Assembly: GCA_963758525.1 (NCBI GenBank)
Contig: CAVWVQ010000003.1
Span: 672,001-736,000, forward strand
Direction of reading: 5' to 3'
From: an uncultured Phycisphaerales bacterium
GTDB lineage: Bacteria > Planctomycetota > Phycisphaerae > Tepidisphaerales > Tepidisphaeraceae
DNA: 64,000 nt
The number at the start of each line of letters is the position of its first letter. The stretch's first letter is position 1. The position numbers were made by a program, and so were the translations under genes. The notes beneath the pieces are model-generated. The model was not told the DNA's origin, searched no databases, and worked only from the letters and a program-made list of their open reading frames with translations. Of this stretch, positions 1 to 10,537 are shown in pieces.

Positions 1-24
1 TCGGCGCGCGACACGAGCGGCCGC

Positions 25-1272
25 TTGAGGTTGGGTCAATTGCTCATTGAAAAGGCGCCGCTTCTTCTGATGTCGGCGGCCTCCTGCTGGGTGACCGTGC
101 TGGCGCAGCACCGCGCCATCATGCCGATCACCAGGTTGCCGTTGACCATGCGGCTCGCAAACGCCAGTTGGTCTTATCTGGCGTACCTTTGGCAAATGAT
201 CGATCCCATGAACTTGGCGGTGCTCTACCCGCTGCAAATTCCGCCGTGGTGGGCGGTGGCGTTATCGGTAACGTTCCTGATCGCTGTTTCCGGCGTGGCG
301 GTGATTTTGAGGAAGACGCAGCCATGGATTCTGGTCGGCTGGCTGTGGTACCTGGGAGTATTGCTCCCGATGATCGGGCTGATGCAGGTCGGATCGCAGT
401 CGTGCGCCGATCGTTACACGTATCTCTCGCAGATCGGCGTCGCGATCGCGCTGACATGGACGGCGGCGGAATTCGGCAAACGCCTGCGTTATGGAAACAT
501 TCTGCTCGGAAGCGCCGCGGGGCTGGCAACCGTCGGCATGGCTGCGGTGGCATTCGGTCAGGTATCGGTGTGGCATGACAGCGAAACCCTGTGGACGCAC
601 ACGCTGGCGAATACCGAGCGCAACTCCGTCGCACATAATTTGCTCGCGGTGGCGCTGGTGAAGGATGGCCGCGTGAATGAGGCGCTGTCTCACTTCAGAA
701 CTTCGATGCGAATCAATCCCAATGATGCCGGCACCTACCTGCACATGGGCATCGCGCTGGCCAAGCAAGGCTCCCTCGATGAGGCGATCGTGCGGTTGCA
801 ACAGGGATTGCGGCTGGCGCCCAATGAGGCGGGTCCGGAGTGTGATCTGGCGCTGGCACTGGCTGGGAAAGGACGATTGCAGGAGGCGATCGTTCACTAT
901 CGAAAGTCTCTGGAGCTCGACCCGGATGTTGCTGAGACGCAGAACGATCTTGCCTGGCTGCTGGCAACAGCACCGGATGCGAAACTGCGAAATGGTGCCG
1001 AGGCGATAACGCTGGCTGAACGAGCGTGCGATCAGACCAACCGCAAGATTGCTACGTATCTCGATACCTTGGGAGCGGCCTACGCGGAGCAAGGGCGATT
1101 TCCCGAAGCGGTCGCCGCCGCCAGAGCGGCGCTCCAACTGGTCCAGAGGCAACCGGCGATGGCGGAGCAAATCAATCAACGACTGATAGCGTATGAACAG
1201 GGCAAGCCGTGGAGAGATCAGGCGGCGGCGCAGTCTGGCCGAGATGGAAAAATCCCGGCGATCATCGAGTGA
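25..1272 (+). CDS. Multi-pass membrane protein with C-terminal TPR repeats (TMTC/GT-C-like 'tetratricopeptide repeat protein'); probably 5'-truncated by the window edge
   Basis: Hydrophobic N-half with IEKAP, L..LYP, LLPMIGLMQVG..ADRYTY and W.DSETLW motifs, followed by several TPR units and the NDLAWLLAT...LDTLGAAYAE tail. Confidence 0.8.
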   Translation: MRLGQLLIEKAPLLLMSAASCWVTVLAQHRAIMPITRLPLTMRLANASWSYLAYLWQMIDPMNLAVLYPLQIPPWWAVALSVTFLIAVSGVAVILRKTQPWILVGWLWYLGVLLPMIGLMQVGSQSCADRYTYLSQIGVAIALTWTAAEFGKRLRYGNILLGSAAGLATVGMAAVAFGQVSVWHDSETLWTHTLANTERNSVAHNLLAVALVKDGRVNEALSHFRTSMRINPNDAGTYLHMGIALAKQGSLDEAIVRLQQGLRLAPNEAGPECDLALALAGKGRLQEAIVHYRKSLELDPDVAETQNDLAWLLATAPDAKLRNGAEAITLAERACDQTNRKIATYLDTLGAAYAEQGRFPEAVAAARAALQLVQRQPAMAEQINQRLIAYEQGKPWRDQAAAQSGRDGKIPAIIE

Positions 1273-2983
1273 TCTTGAGAACGATCGCCGAATCCGCGTA
1301 AGCGCCGGGCTTTTGCGCCGGCAGCGTGACGTGCAATCCTGTCGCGTCGCGGTTGAATTCGATCGGAGCGGCGGCCCCGAGAAGCTGGACCGCGTCAATT
1401 TTTTCGGGAAACATCGCTGCCCCCTCGGCCAGGTTCTTCACCGTCACCTGGCCGTCCGCGGGCCAGCCAAGCACGATCGCGTAGAGGGTTTTACCGTCTT
1501 TGGAAGCGGTGAAGCGGATGTCCTGGGGCCCCAGAGGTTTGGCCTTTGATTCGGGCGCCGCGGCGGCGGCTTTGGTGGTCGCCGCGGATGCCTCCGCCAT
1601 CGCGCTTTCGGCGGCAGGACCTTCACCGAACACGCTCCAGGGTCGCGTGCTGTAGATCCCCTGGCCATTCACGTCCAGCCATGCGCCCATTTCATCGAGG
1701 AACTGCAGTTCATCTTCATCGAGCGTGCCATCGCTGCGGACGGGAACGCTGAGCATCAGATTTCCGTTTTTGCTGACGATGTCTGCCAGGGTCCGGATGA
1801 CGTCAGGGCTCTTCTTGTACCCATGATGCTCGGCGAGGCCCCGGCTGTAATGCCACTGCCCGATGCAAGTGTCGGTTTGCCAGGGTTGGGGCAGAATCGT
1901 TTCCGCGCCGCCGCGTTCGATGTCGAACATCAGGGCCTGGCGGCGTTCGAGGGTCAATTTCTTGGCAGCAATGACGGCTTCCAATTGTCCGTTGTGCAGC
2001 GCCATGTTGGTGTTGTAAAAATGAGCGGCCAGACGAAGACCAACGGACGGGTCATCGTTGTAGAGGGGAAGGCCGCCGGAAATGTCGTCATCGAAGTACA
2101 ACAGGTCGGGGTGATACTTGTTGATCAGGTCCATCGTCCGATTAAAGAATTTCTGCATGTAGTAGGCGCTGGGCCTGGCCTTGGGCGCGTGGTTCTGAGA
2201 ATAGAGTTCCTGGGGATCCAGCCCGTCCCACCAGAGTCCCTTCCCATCGGCGGCGGTGAGCCTCCCATCGTATTGCACGCCGGCCTTGGGCCCGTCCTGA
2301 TCCGAGCGGAGCGTCCCATTATTCCAGTCCCAGGCGCGCGCCGCGTGAACGCTCACGCCAAAGCGCAGCCCGGCAGCCCGCGCGGCTTTTTCCCAGCCGG
2401 CGATGAGATCTTTTTGCGGGCCGATGTTGACGGAATTCCACGCCTGATATTTGCTGTCCCAAGTGTCGAAATTGTCGTGGTGATTGGCCAGCGCCATGAA
2501 GTATCTGGCGCCGGCCTTCTTGTACCGCGCCATGAGCTTCTCGGGGTCCCAATGCTCGGCTTTCCATAAGGGAATGACATCCTTGAAGCCAAAAACTGAT
2601 GGATGGCCGTAGTGCTCAACGTGGTAGACGTAGTCGGGATTCGGCTTGCCCTGCTTGTTGTATTGCCAGTACATGTTGCGGGCGTACCAGTCCCCCTGCT
2701 CGGGCTCGCACTGCGGGCCCCAATGCGCCCAGATGCCAAACTTCGCGTCGCGGAACCATTCAGGCGTCTGATATTTTTCCAGGGATTTCCATTCGGGAGT
2801 GAACGCCCCTTCCGCCACCGGCTCGGCTGCCGCGTTTGCTTCGTGGGCGGCCCTTTGCAACGCGGAGAAACGAGCGGCGTCCTCCGCGGATGCGGGGCCT
2901 GAACTCAGCGCCATCGCCATTGCCAGCACGCTCCCGGCGGTCAAAAGGTTCGAAAGCGGCGATTTCAAATGGAAGAATGTCAT
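1262..2983 (-). CDS. Alpha-L-fucosidase (GH29), secreted
   Basis: PEWFRDAKFGIWAHWG, ALANHHDNF, DLLYFD, DIVSKNGNLML, GIYSTRPW motifs. Start set at ATG 2983 (AAGGAAAGCC-ATG) ahead of a signal-like segment. Overlaps the convergent TPR gene by 11 bp. Confidence 0.9.
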   Translation of the reverse strand: MTFFHLKSPLSNLLTAGSVLAMAMALSSGPASAEDAARFSALQRAAHEANAAAEPVAEGAFTPEWKSLEKYQTPEWFRDAKFGIWAHWGPQCEPEQGDWYARNMYWQYNKQGKPNPDYVYHVEHYGHPSVFGFKDVIPLWKAEHWDPEKLMARYKKAGARYFMALANHHDNFDTWDSKYQAWNSVNIGPQKDLIAGWEKAARAAGLRFGVSVHAARAWDWNNGTLRSDQDGPKAGVQYDGRLTAADGKGLWWDGLDPQELYSQNHAPKARPSAYYMQKFFNRTMDLINKYHPDLLYFDDDISGGLPLYNDDPSVGLRLAAHFYNTNMALHNGQLEAVIAAKKLTLERRQALMFDIERGGAETILPQPWQTDTCIGQWHYSRGLAEHHGYKKSPDVIRTLADIVSKNGNLMLSVPVRSDGTLDEDELQFLDEMGAWLDVNGQGIYSTRPWSVFGEGPAAESAMAEASAATTKAAAAAPESKAKPLGPQDIRFTASKDGKTLYAIVLGWPADGQVTVKNLAEGAAMFPEKIDAVQLLGAAAPIEFNRDATGLHVTLPAQKPGAYADSAIVLKITR

Positions 2984-3075
2984 GGCTTTCCTTACGTTAC
3001 TGGCTTTCCAGATCAACTGATGAAGATCGCAGCTGCTGGCGATTTCCCAAGCTGTCTTGCGTCGCCCCTCATGAA

Positions 3076-5525
3076 TCACTCGACCGACACCAGTTCCTTG
3101 CCAGCACGCGTCAGGTTGATACGGGTTCGTCCGTCGGGCGACTTGGTGAATTTGACGATGTCTTTCTGATCCGACCATGCAATGGCAAGTTGGGTGTGGT
3201 CGCCGTTCCACTGCGTCATCGGTTGCTCGTCTCCTTCGCGATACGGAAAGAGAAGGGTTTTGAAATCGGGCGCCACTGAGTTGCTGGTGATGACCAGCCG
3301 GTGCATCTCGATCGGCCTCTGCGGTGGATTCGGCAGGCTGTATGTCTCCACCGCCGCGGGGCGCTCGGATCGCTCCCTTCGACATTCAATGGCCGCACCA
3401 GCATAAAGCGGGACTTACCTTCCCCCTTCTGCTTCTCGCCGAGAACCACGTCATTTCTGTATGATCCATTTTCTGAATCATGCACTGCCGGGACCTGCAC
3501 TAAGTCGTCTTCAAGCGTCATCCCCCACTGGTATACGTGCGGCGAGGCGTCTTTCTGGATGTCGTCGACGATGAGCACATACGGATGCTTGCCGCGTATC
3601 AGCCCGGCCGTGCGGAAGGCGCGCTGCACGGGGCTGCGGGGGATCCACTTTTCCGAACCCTTCCACGACGTTTGCCAATAGGGCAAGTCACTCCACGGCA
3701 TGCTCATCCAGGGCAGCTCGCTCTTGTGCAGACGAAAATCATTTGCGACGAAGGGGACGCTCTCGCCGCCCTTCGGAAAACGGTTGTTGCCGCCGGTGGT
3801 CCAGTCCCAGGCCGGCTTGGCGTCGGCCGCGATGAACGTCGCCTCGGGATTGTCGATCATCGCATCACAGCGGCACGTCGCCATTCCGGGGCCTTCGCCG
3901 TCGATCAGAACGACCGAGCGATTCTTCGGCAGATAGTGCTCCTCCACCTGCCGCAGCGGTTTGTAAATTGCCCAATAGCGACCCAGCGCGTGAATGCTGA
4001 AATGCGTCCGATCGGCGTACTGATGTCCGCCGGAAATACTACGGGTCAGGAAATGAAGCTGAAGCGCGTCCTTGTCCCACGCGCTGCTCGTGATGAGGTT
4101 GCCGGTCGCATCGCTGAACCACGTCAGTGGCTTCCCCGCGGTGGCGTCCTGGTGAGCCTGGTCCCAGCTCCTGGCGCATAGTCTTCGGCGAAAATCGCCT
4201 GGATCAACCCATCGGACACATGGAACGGATGGCCGAAATGCACGGCGCCCTTGAACGCAGCGTAGTCTTCGCCCACGGTATTGCGATAGACGAAATCGGT
4301 CGCGGCATCGTTGGGAAATAGATGCTTCATCAACAGCACGTCAAACATCGGCGTGGTATTCCCCCGCCCGCCCAATGAGTCGTAGAAGGTAAAGTGCCCT
4401 CCCCAGGGATCCATCGCGTGAAGATAATAATCATCCACCTGCGCCCGCAACGACTTCAGTGCGATCAGGTCGTTCCCCCGATTCGCAATCGGGATCAGAT
4501 TCTCAGTGCAGATGAAGTTCTTACCCATGCTCTCGTACATGTCGCCGGCGGGAAACAGCCCCACGCTCAGGTACCGCTTATACCCCTCCACGCAGCGCTG
4601 ATAGGCGCCGGCGTCATACCCTTTTTCTCCCTCGATGGCGCAGCAGAGAAAAATGAGGCGCATGTGCATGGGGATCCAGTTGGACGTGTTGGCGGGAAAC
4701 GCCGGCAATCCCTCGGCACAGAGAATCGTCATGTTGTCCGACGCCTTGGCGATCACTTCCCGCGCCGCATCGCGCTGATCGCCGGTCATCCACTGATAGC
4801 CAAAGTCGTACCCCAGTCCGAGCAACCCGTGCTGCGTAAGGCCTTTGGTTTCCTGATAGTCATGCAGCGGCGGCATGATCGCGCCCGGTGCGGGCTTGCC
4901 GCGCTGCTTGGCAAAGCTCTTGTCCAGTTCCGCGCCATCCAACCTGGCTAAAGTGACTAACGCCGCCGCTGCCTTCTTCCCACCTGCCTGGTCGTTATCG
5001 ATCAGGCAACGAAACGTTTCGTAAATCATTGCGCAGGAAACTTCCACATCCAGCATCTCTGCCGATCCGTCACCACGAACGGCCGCCGCATACAGCATCC
5101 GCATATTTTGCATTGGGCCCGGTGAGATCCCGCTGCAGCATCGTCCGGATGCCATTCATCTGCAGCGTGCCCGCCTTCGACCCACCGGCCAGTTTTCTTC
5201 GCATCTCAGGAAGATCATCCGCCTGGAACAACACCCGTGGATGCGCTCCCGGCGCCGGTGGCGCTTTGATCCGGTCGGCAGCAATCCCGGTCGCGTCGTA
5301 GTTGAAGACCTGCGGATAGTCGAAGTACTTGTGGATCTCCTCGTCGGTATATCCAAAGTTGTCATTCCGCTTGACCATCGCCATGCCGAGATGCTCGGTG
5401 ACGCTATACGCGTCAGTTCGAGCAGGCCCGACGGATTCGGCTGCAAATGTGAGCGCCGAACCAGCCAGTGCAGCCGCCCCAACGGCGAGCGTCGCGAAAA
5501 CCCTTTGAGATCGCCCAATGATCAT
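3076..5525 (-). CDS. Heparinase II/III-like secreted protein, paralogue 1; split by three frameshifts (~5097, ~4170, ~3358)
   Basis: ORF pieces 5070-5525, 4124-5155, 3216-3947 (frame open up to ~4170) and 3076-3351 join into a protein colinear with 51542-54091: PAPGAHPRVLF, SNWIP, IEGEKGYD, YESMGK, GGHQYADR, AFRTAGLIRGKHPY. Confidence 0.75.
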
Positions 5526-5788
5526 TTTGTGTTCTTTCCAACTGGAAATCGCCCCGCTCCGACCGAAATATCACGGCCCCGGGCTACAGCATCAGCTAAC
5601 GCTGCCATATTTACTATTTTTCACAACTTCCGTTGATGCTACGGGGTTTCAGCTCGGCCAATACCTGCCGATCACGGCACAAATTAGCCTTTTGGTGGGA
5701 TTTTTGGAAGGAAAACCGGGATGTCTGATAGTCGGTAAATACGAAGTACGCGTTGGAAAAGCGCCGTTCGAGCCCTTTCTTCCCGTGT

Positions 5789-8032
5789 TCACGGGAGCGA
5801 GCCGCCGTTGGGGAGAACGATGTCCTGTTTGCGCTGGGGCGGTGAAACAAGCAGACTGACAAGCTTCCCGCCGGCTACCTCTCCTTGAAGTGTTGTCTCG
5901 AACGGTGCATGTAGTTTGAAGTGGGCCTCCCAATTGCTGGGCCAGGCAGGAAGCAGCAGAATCTTTCGGCCGTCGATCTGCATCAGCATTTCCTGAAGTC
6001 CGTTCTCGCCATTTCCGCCGTTGTCTTCATCGGGCATGTAGTCATGGCCTCGGGCCCAGAAGGCGGGGAACTTCAGCGCGGGATCTTTTCGGGTGAGATC
6101 GAACGTGACATCCTTCTGGGCAAGGTCTGTCAGGCCAAGCATGGCTGACTGGATCGGGTCCTGCACCCAGCAGCCGGTGGTCTTGTTTTTTCGCATGGCG
6201 AACGTGTTCAGCGCGACATCCAGGTCAGGCCGGCCAAGGCCGTACAGTCGGAAGGGATAGATTGCGTAGAGCTCGGGATTTTCCGAGTTGTGCGCTTTTG
6301 CCGTCTGCTCCCCTTCGTACGGCAGCAGCACTTTCTTGCCATCGATCATCCCCGTGGGAAGATCGGGCAGTTCACCCTGGATTCGCGTCCAGTTGGCACG
6401 CGTATTCTGGTCAACCAGATCAGCAGGCAGCGCAAGAAGCCGGGCGAGCACCGCGTGCAGGCCGGCAATGTCGGGCGCGGGATTGTGCACCTTCCAATAC
6501 ATCTCAATGGCGTTGTCCGGATCGAGCACCAGCTTGCCGGCAGCATCGTGTGGAAAATGCTGATCGAAAAACGTGAGGATGGCATTGGCGATCGGGAAGA
6601 CGGTGTCGGGAAGGAAAGTCTTGTCGTCCGTGTACTCGTAGTAGTCGAGTCCCATCATGCTCAACTCGAGCAGATCGGTGAAATAATTGGCGGTGTAACT
6701 TCCTTTGCCGTTGCTCGTGAGGTTCTGAAAGCCGCCCCAAAATGGCGCCGTTTCCGCGCAATAGGCCCCGTCGTGGTTGTAATATTGCTTCACCAGCGCC
6801 GCATTAGCGGGAAGCATGTCGCGATACATGTTGAACAACGGCAACATCTCGTCGAAGTCGCCGGCCATGAGCCTGGGCCAGTACATCGCCCGGGTGTTCT
6901 GAAACCAGTATTGCCCGCCCCAGGCGCGAAAGTCGGCGGTGACCGGCTGAATCACCGGAGGCTTGCCGCCCATGTTTTCAGCAGGATGGTCAACAACGAA
7001 GGTCGAGCCGTTGAATTTGATGGGATATGCTCCGCGACCGGCGCAGGCAGTGACAAACCGTTGCAAGACGTATCCTTCGGTCGTCTCTTTCGCCTTGGCC
7101 TCGCCGGTGAGGAAGATCCAGCTTCGGTCCCAGAACTGGTCCCACCATCGCTGATGTTCCTGCCGGGTTTTTTCCAGATCCAGCGCGGCAATGTCTTTTG
7201 CCTGCCGTTCCAATTTGCTCACCCACGCCTCCACCGGTGAAGCCGGCGTGGTGAGCGGGTAAATGGAGATCAGTTGTGAAGTGCAGGGGGCGGCGGATTG
7301 CAGCGTCTTTGCATCGATTGCTTTCAGCCCGTCGCCCTGAATCAGCGCTCCGAAGGTCCAGTCCAGAACATGTGGCTCTGAGCCGGGGCCATCGTGGTGA
7401 TACCAGACGATCTGATCTTTCTGGTCGGGAACGATCGTGTCCGGGCTCAGCTTCTTGATTTTCTCCGTTCGCCAGTCTTCCAGAGCAACTCGCACCGATT
7501 CAGGTTGCTCGCTACGCGCTTCCACGCGGATGACCGGGTGATTCGCATCGACCCAAATGCGGAAAGTTGTCTGTGCGTCGTCTTTGCCTTGCCGGATCTC
7601 GATCTCACCTTCATGCAGTTTCAAGACCTGTACGACCGGAACGTCCGCGGTCGAGTCCCTCGGGCTCATCGAAACCCGGATGCGCCCGAGCTTGGCCAAC
7701 CCGAGCTGATCGTTGGGATTTTCCGTCCAGGCATCCGACTTGCCGATGTAGAAAACAACATCGCCGGTCGGTTCGGTCCAGACGTTCAATGAGATGTCCC
7801 CATTTCCCAGCGGCATTGAGTCAGCAGAGCTCTTGCCCGGCTCGTTCCAAACCACATTGCACCCATTGAGCGCCTTGACGTGATCGAACCCGCCATCGTC
7901 GGCTCGGGCAAGCGGGAGAAAGAGGCAGGGCCGCAAGAAAACGCAAATGATGCAAAGGAGAAGGCAGGGGCTGCGTCTGGTTTGATTGTTGCTGCATTTG
8001 ACTCCTGTGAACGTTGGATTTTCGGTGGCCAT
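5789..8032 (-). CDS. DUF5703 / GH95-like glycoside hydrolase, secreted
   Basis: SMPLGNGDI N-terminal motif, PIKFNGS, WGGQYWFQNTR, ENPELYAIYP, LQEMLMQ...ILLLPAWP..W. Start at ATG 8032 after AGGAG. Confidence 0.75.
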   Translation of the reverse strand: MATENPTFTGVKCSNNQTRRSPCLLLCIICVFLRPCLFLPLARADDGGFDHVKALNGCNVVWNEPGKSSADSMPLGNGDISLNVWTEPTGDVVFYIGKSDAWTENPNDQLGLAKLGRIRVSMSPRDSTADVPVVQVLKLHEGEIEIRQGKDDAQTTFRIWVDANHPVIRVEARSEQPESVRVALEDWRTEKIKKLSPDTIVPDQKDQIVWYHHDGPGSEPHVLDWTFGALIQGDGLKAIDAKTLQSAAPCTSQLISIYPLTTPASPVEAWVSKLERQAKDIAALDLEKTRQEHQRWWDQFWDRSWIFLTGEAKAKETTEGYVLQRFVTACAGRGAYPIKFNGSTFVVDHPAENMGGKPPVIQPVTADFRAWGGQYWFQNTRAMYWPRLMAGDFDEMLPLFNMYRDMLPANAALVKQYYNHDGAYCAETAPFWGGFQNLTSNGKGSYTANYFTDLLELSMMGLDYYEYTDDKTFLPDTVFPIANAILTFFDQHFPHDAAGKLVLDPDNAIEMYWKVHNPAPDIAGLHAVLARLLALPADLVDQNTRANWTRIQGELPDLPTGMIDGKKVLLPYEGEQTAKAHNSENPELYAIYPFRLYGLGRPDLDVALNTFAMRKNKTTGCWVQDPIQSAMLGLTDLAQKDVTFDLTRKDPALKFPAFWARGHDYMPDEDNGGNGENGLQEMLMQIDGRKILLLPAWPSNWEAHFKLHAPFETTLQGEVAGGKLVSLLVSPPQRKQDIVLPNGGSLP

Positions 8033-8240
8033 GTTCTCCTCGTAATCGACGGCGCTGGTTCTGCTGGAGGACGATGCTGGGTTGGCGAATATCGGCACGC
8101 GAACTACCTCCCGCCGTTCTCCATGCGGCGCCGAGGTCCGCAGAAGAGCCGACAACGTTCATCACCGTGACCGCGCCCACTGACCGGCTCTTCAGCGGAC
8201 CCTACGACAATTTGGGAACTGGGCACACCCATATTGCGGG

Positions 8241-9767
8241 CTACCGTCCGACGCGAAAATAGTCGAAGTCGGCAAAGACTCCGTGCGCAGCCGGCGTCGA
8301 TGACAGGGCGAAGACGCCGACTTTTGCTCCCATCCATCCACCTTCCTTTGCCTGAAAGAATTGATCGATTGCGACGAAGTGTCCAGTGACGCCTGCATAG
8401 CTGAACCGGCACGTGGCGGTGGAATCGACGGCGACTCTCAATCGCATGGTTTTGGCTGGAGCCTCGGCACGAAACCGCGGCTCGCCGTTGATGCGCAGGA
8501 CGCATAGGGCGCCGTCGGCGCCTCGCTCCAGCGCGAGCGCGGCGCTTTCGCCGCCTCCGACGATTGCCAGGCCGGCAGAGATTCCGCCGTTTGCGGCAGT
8601 TGCATCCACCAATGTCTCGGCCGAGAAACCGCGGGCTGGGAACTTCTGCATCAGCAGGTTTGGCACTCGCGACAGATCCTTATTTGCTTCAGCCTGAGCG
8701 AAGAGGCGCAGCCAGCCGGGGCGATCGGCCAGCGAATACCAGTCATTTGCATGATTCGCCTGCCATTGCCATTGCAATGCCAGGTTGGGTGAGTCGAATT
8801 CGTCGCTGGTCTGCGGCGAAGGTGTTTCGAAGGTTGCTCCGACGGCAGGCTTTCGCCAAGAAGCCACCGGCTCACCGATGCCGTTGCCGTCGAAGTCCTG
8901 GCCCATCAACGGCCAGTGATTTTTCCATGTGACCGGCTGCAGATGAACGATCCGGCCGAACGGGCCCGTGTCCTGAAAATGAATGAACCAGAACTCGCCG
9001 TTGGGCAGATCGATCAACGCGCCCTGGTGCGGGCCGTTGATTGATGTTGATCCGCGCTCCAGCACGATCTTTTGCTCGTAGGGCCCGAAGATGTCGCGCG
9101 CTCGAAAGGCCACTTGCCACCCCGTCGGCACGCCGCCGCCAGGCGCGAGAATGTAGTACCAGCCGTCGAACTTGTGAACCTTGGGGCCTTCCAGATAGGG
9201 ATGCTGGGGCGCATGGATGACAGCGCGCCCTTCACCGAGAAGAGCAGCGCCATCGGGCGCCATCGGGCGGATGTGAATTGTGTCGCGAATGCCGGCGCGG
9301 GAATTGGCATAGGCATGGGCGAGGTAGGCGCGGCCGTCGTCATCCCAAAAAGGGCATGGATCGATCCAGCCCCGGGCGGCCTGAAGCAACCACGGCTCAC
9401 ACCACTTCCCGGCCGGGTGTTCCGCCGTGGTCACATAGATTCCCTCGTCAGGAAGGGGAAAGAAGATCCAGAACTTCCCGGCATGGAACCGAATCGAGGG
9501 CGCCCACACGCCGCAGCCGGGCTGCACCTGCGCGTAACGGGCGCCCGGCACGTTCTGGATCGCGTGGTTGATCAGCGTCCAGTTGACCAGGTCGCGCGAG
9601 TGAAGGATCGGCAAACCCGGCGTGGCGGTGAAGCTCGACGCGACCATGTAAAACTCATCGCCCTGCCGGATCACATCCGGATCGGAGTAGTCGGCATGGA
9701 TGATCGGATTGCGATAACTGCCGTCACCGGCATCGGAACGCCAGGGATATGTATATTGCGAATCCAT
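8241..9767 (-). CDS. GH43 beta-xylosidase/arabinofuranosidase with C-terminal beta-sandwich; no signal peptide
   Basis: NPIIHADYSDPDV, LHSRDLVNW, WAPSIR, IDPCPFWD, EGPK, HQGAL motifs. Confidence 0.9.
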   Translation of the reverse strand: MDSQYTYPWRSDAGDGSYRNPIIHADYSDPDVIRQGDEFYMVASSFTATPGLPILHSRDLVNWTLINHAIQNVPGARYAQVQPGCGVWAPSIRFHAGKFWIFFPLPDEGIYVTTAEHPAGKWCEPWLLQAARGWIDPCPFWDDDGRAYLAHAYANSRAGIRDTIHIRPMAPDGAALLGEGRAVIHAPQHPYLEGPKVHKFDGWYYILAPGGGVPTGWQVAFRARDIFGPYEQKIVLERGSTSINGPHQGALIDLPNGEFWFIHFQDTGPFGRIVHLQPVTWKNHWPLMGQDFDGNGIGEPVASWRKPAVGATFETPSPQTSDEFDSPNLALQWQWQANHANDWYSLADRPGWLRLFAQAEANKDLSRVPNLLMQKFPARGFSAETLVDATAANGGISAGLAIVGGGESAALALERGADGALCVLRINGEPRFRAEAPAKTMRLRVAVDSTATCRFSYAGVTGHFVAIDQFFQAKEGGWMGAKVGVFALSSTPAAHGVFADFDYFRVGR

Positions 9768-9801
9768 CAGTCTGTTCCACCTCTTGGCCGAGCCGGATTG
9801 G

Positions 9802-10168
9802 TCACGAGGCGTCATTCGGAGGCGCCAGAGGTTCGATTTGCGCGATCAATAGCGGTATATGCACCGTCGCCACTCGCCAGATCAGCGCGTCGTCGATTTC
9901 GCCGTATTCGTGCGATAACCGATGCCTCTGGGCCATGATCGGGCGCCAGGGAATTTTCGGGATGCTCAGATTTGAACGTATCTGAAATGCCGCGGGCCGC
10001 CTCACCGATGATCTCCACCTGACGCTCGACCGCGGACCGGAGCATCAAGTCTGCGGCGTACTGGTAGTACGTGCGTCCGGTCACGAAAATCTGCACCGCC
10101 TTTGCGGCGCCAAGCATGTCGAGCAACCGCGCGCCATCTCTGTTGGGGTCCGGCCGTCTACGCGGCAT
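9802..10168 (-). CDS. hepT: HepT-like HEPN ribonuclease toxin (DUF86); one frameshift at ~9955
   Basis: AVERQVEIIGEAA in one frame continues as IPWRPIMAQRHRLSHEY..D...IW in another (R-X4-H-X-Y motif). The break falls in a TTTT run. Confidence 0.85.
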
Positions 10169-10466
10169 AGACCACCTGGTAACTGCTCATGATCGCTTTG
10201 CGACGAATGGGGTTGCGGACTCGCCCTTTTTCAATAACGTCGACGGGGCGGTTGAAGATCCGTTGCAGTTCATCCTGAATATCGGGCGTATTTTCGAACG
10301 TAAATCCGCGACCCGGCAAAAACTGCAGCATCACATCAATATCGCTGTCAGCTTCAAAATCCTCTCGCAGAACCGAACCGAACAGCGCGAATTCGGCAAC
10401 GCCAAATCTTCGGCAGAAGGCTTCGATCTGAACCCTGGGCAATTCGATCTTTACACCGTCGACCAT
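10158..10466 (-). CDS. mntA: Minimal nucleotidyltransferase (MNT) antitoxin
   Basis: 102 aa; LFGSVLREDFEADSDID matches G-S-X10-D-X-D; R.VDV motif; overlaps the HEPN gene start. Confidence 0.88.
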   Translation of the reverse strand: MVDGVKIELPRVQIEAFCRRFGVAEFALFGSVLREDFEADSDIDVMLQFLPGRGFTFENTPDIQDELQRIFNRPVDVIEKGRVRNPIRRKAIMSSYQVVYAA

Positions 10467-10537
10467 CGAGTCGCCTCAACTTTCAAAGTACGTGAAACCA
10501 GATTTTCGCCTGCCCAAAACTCCGCTGCAAGCCCCCA

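Noticed and set aside
2984..3385. 134-aa N-terminal extension of the GH29 ORF (707 aa in the track)
   Set aside because: It overlaps the 3' end of the upstream gene on the same strand; ATG 2983 has an RBS and precedes a signal-like sequence.
9768..9815. ATGA coupling between the HEPN ORF and GH43 at 9812-9815
   Set aside because: That stop belongs to the frameshifted HEPN reading; the motif-bearing frame ends at 9802.
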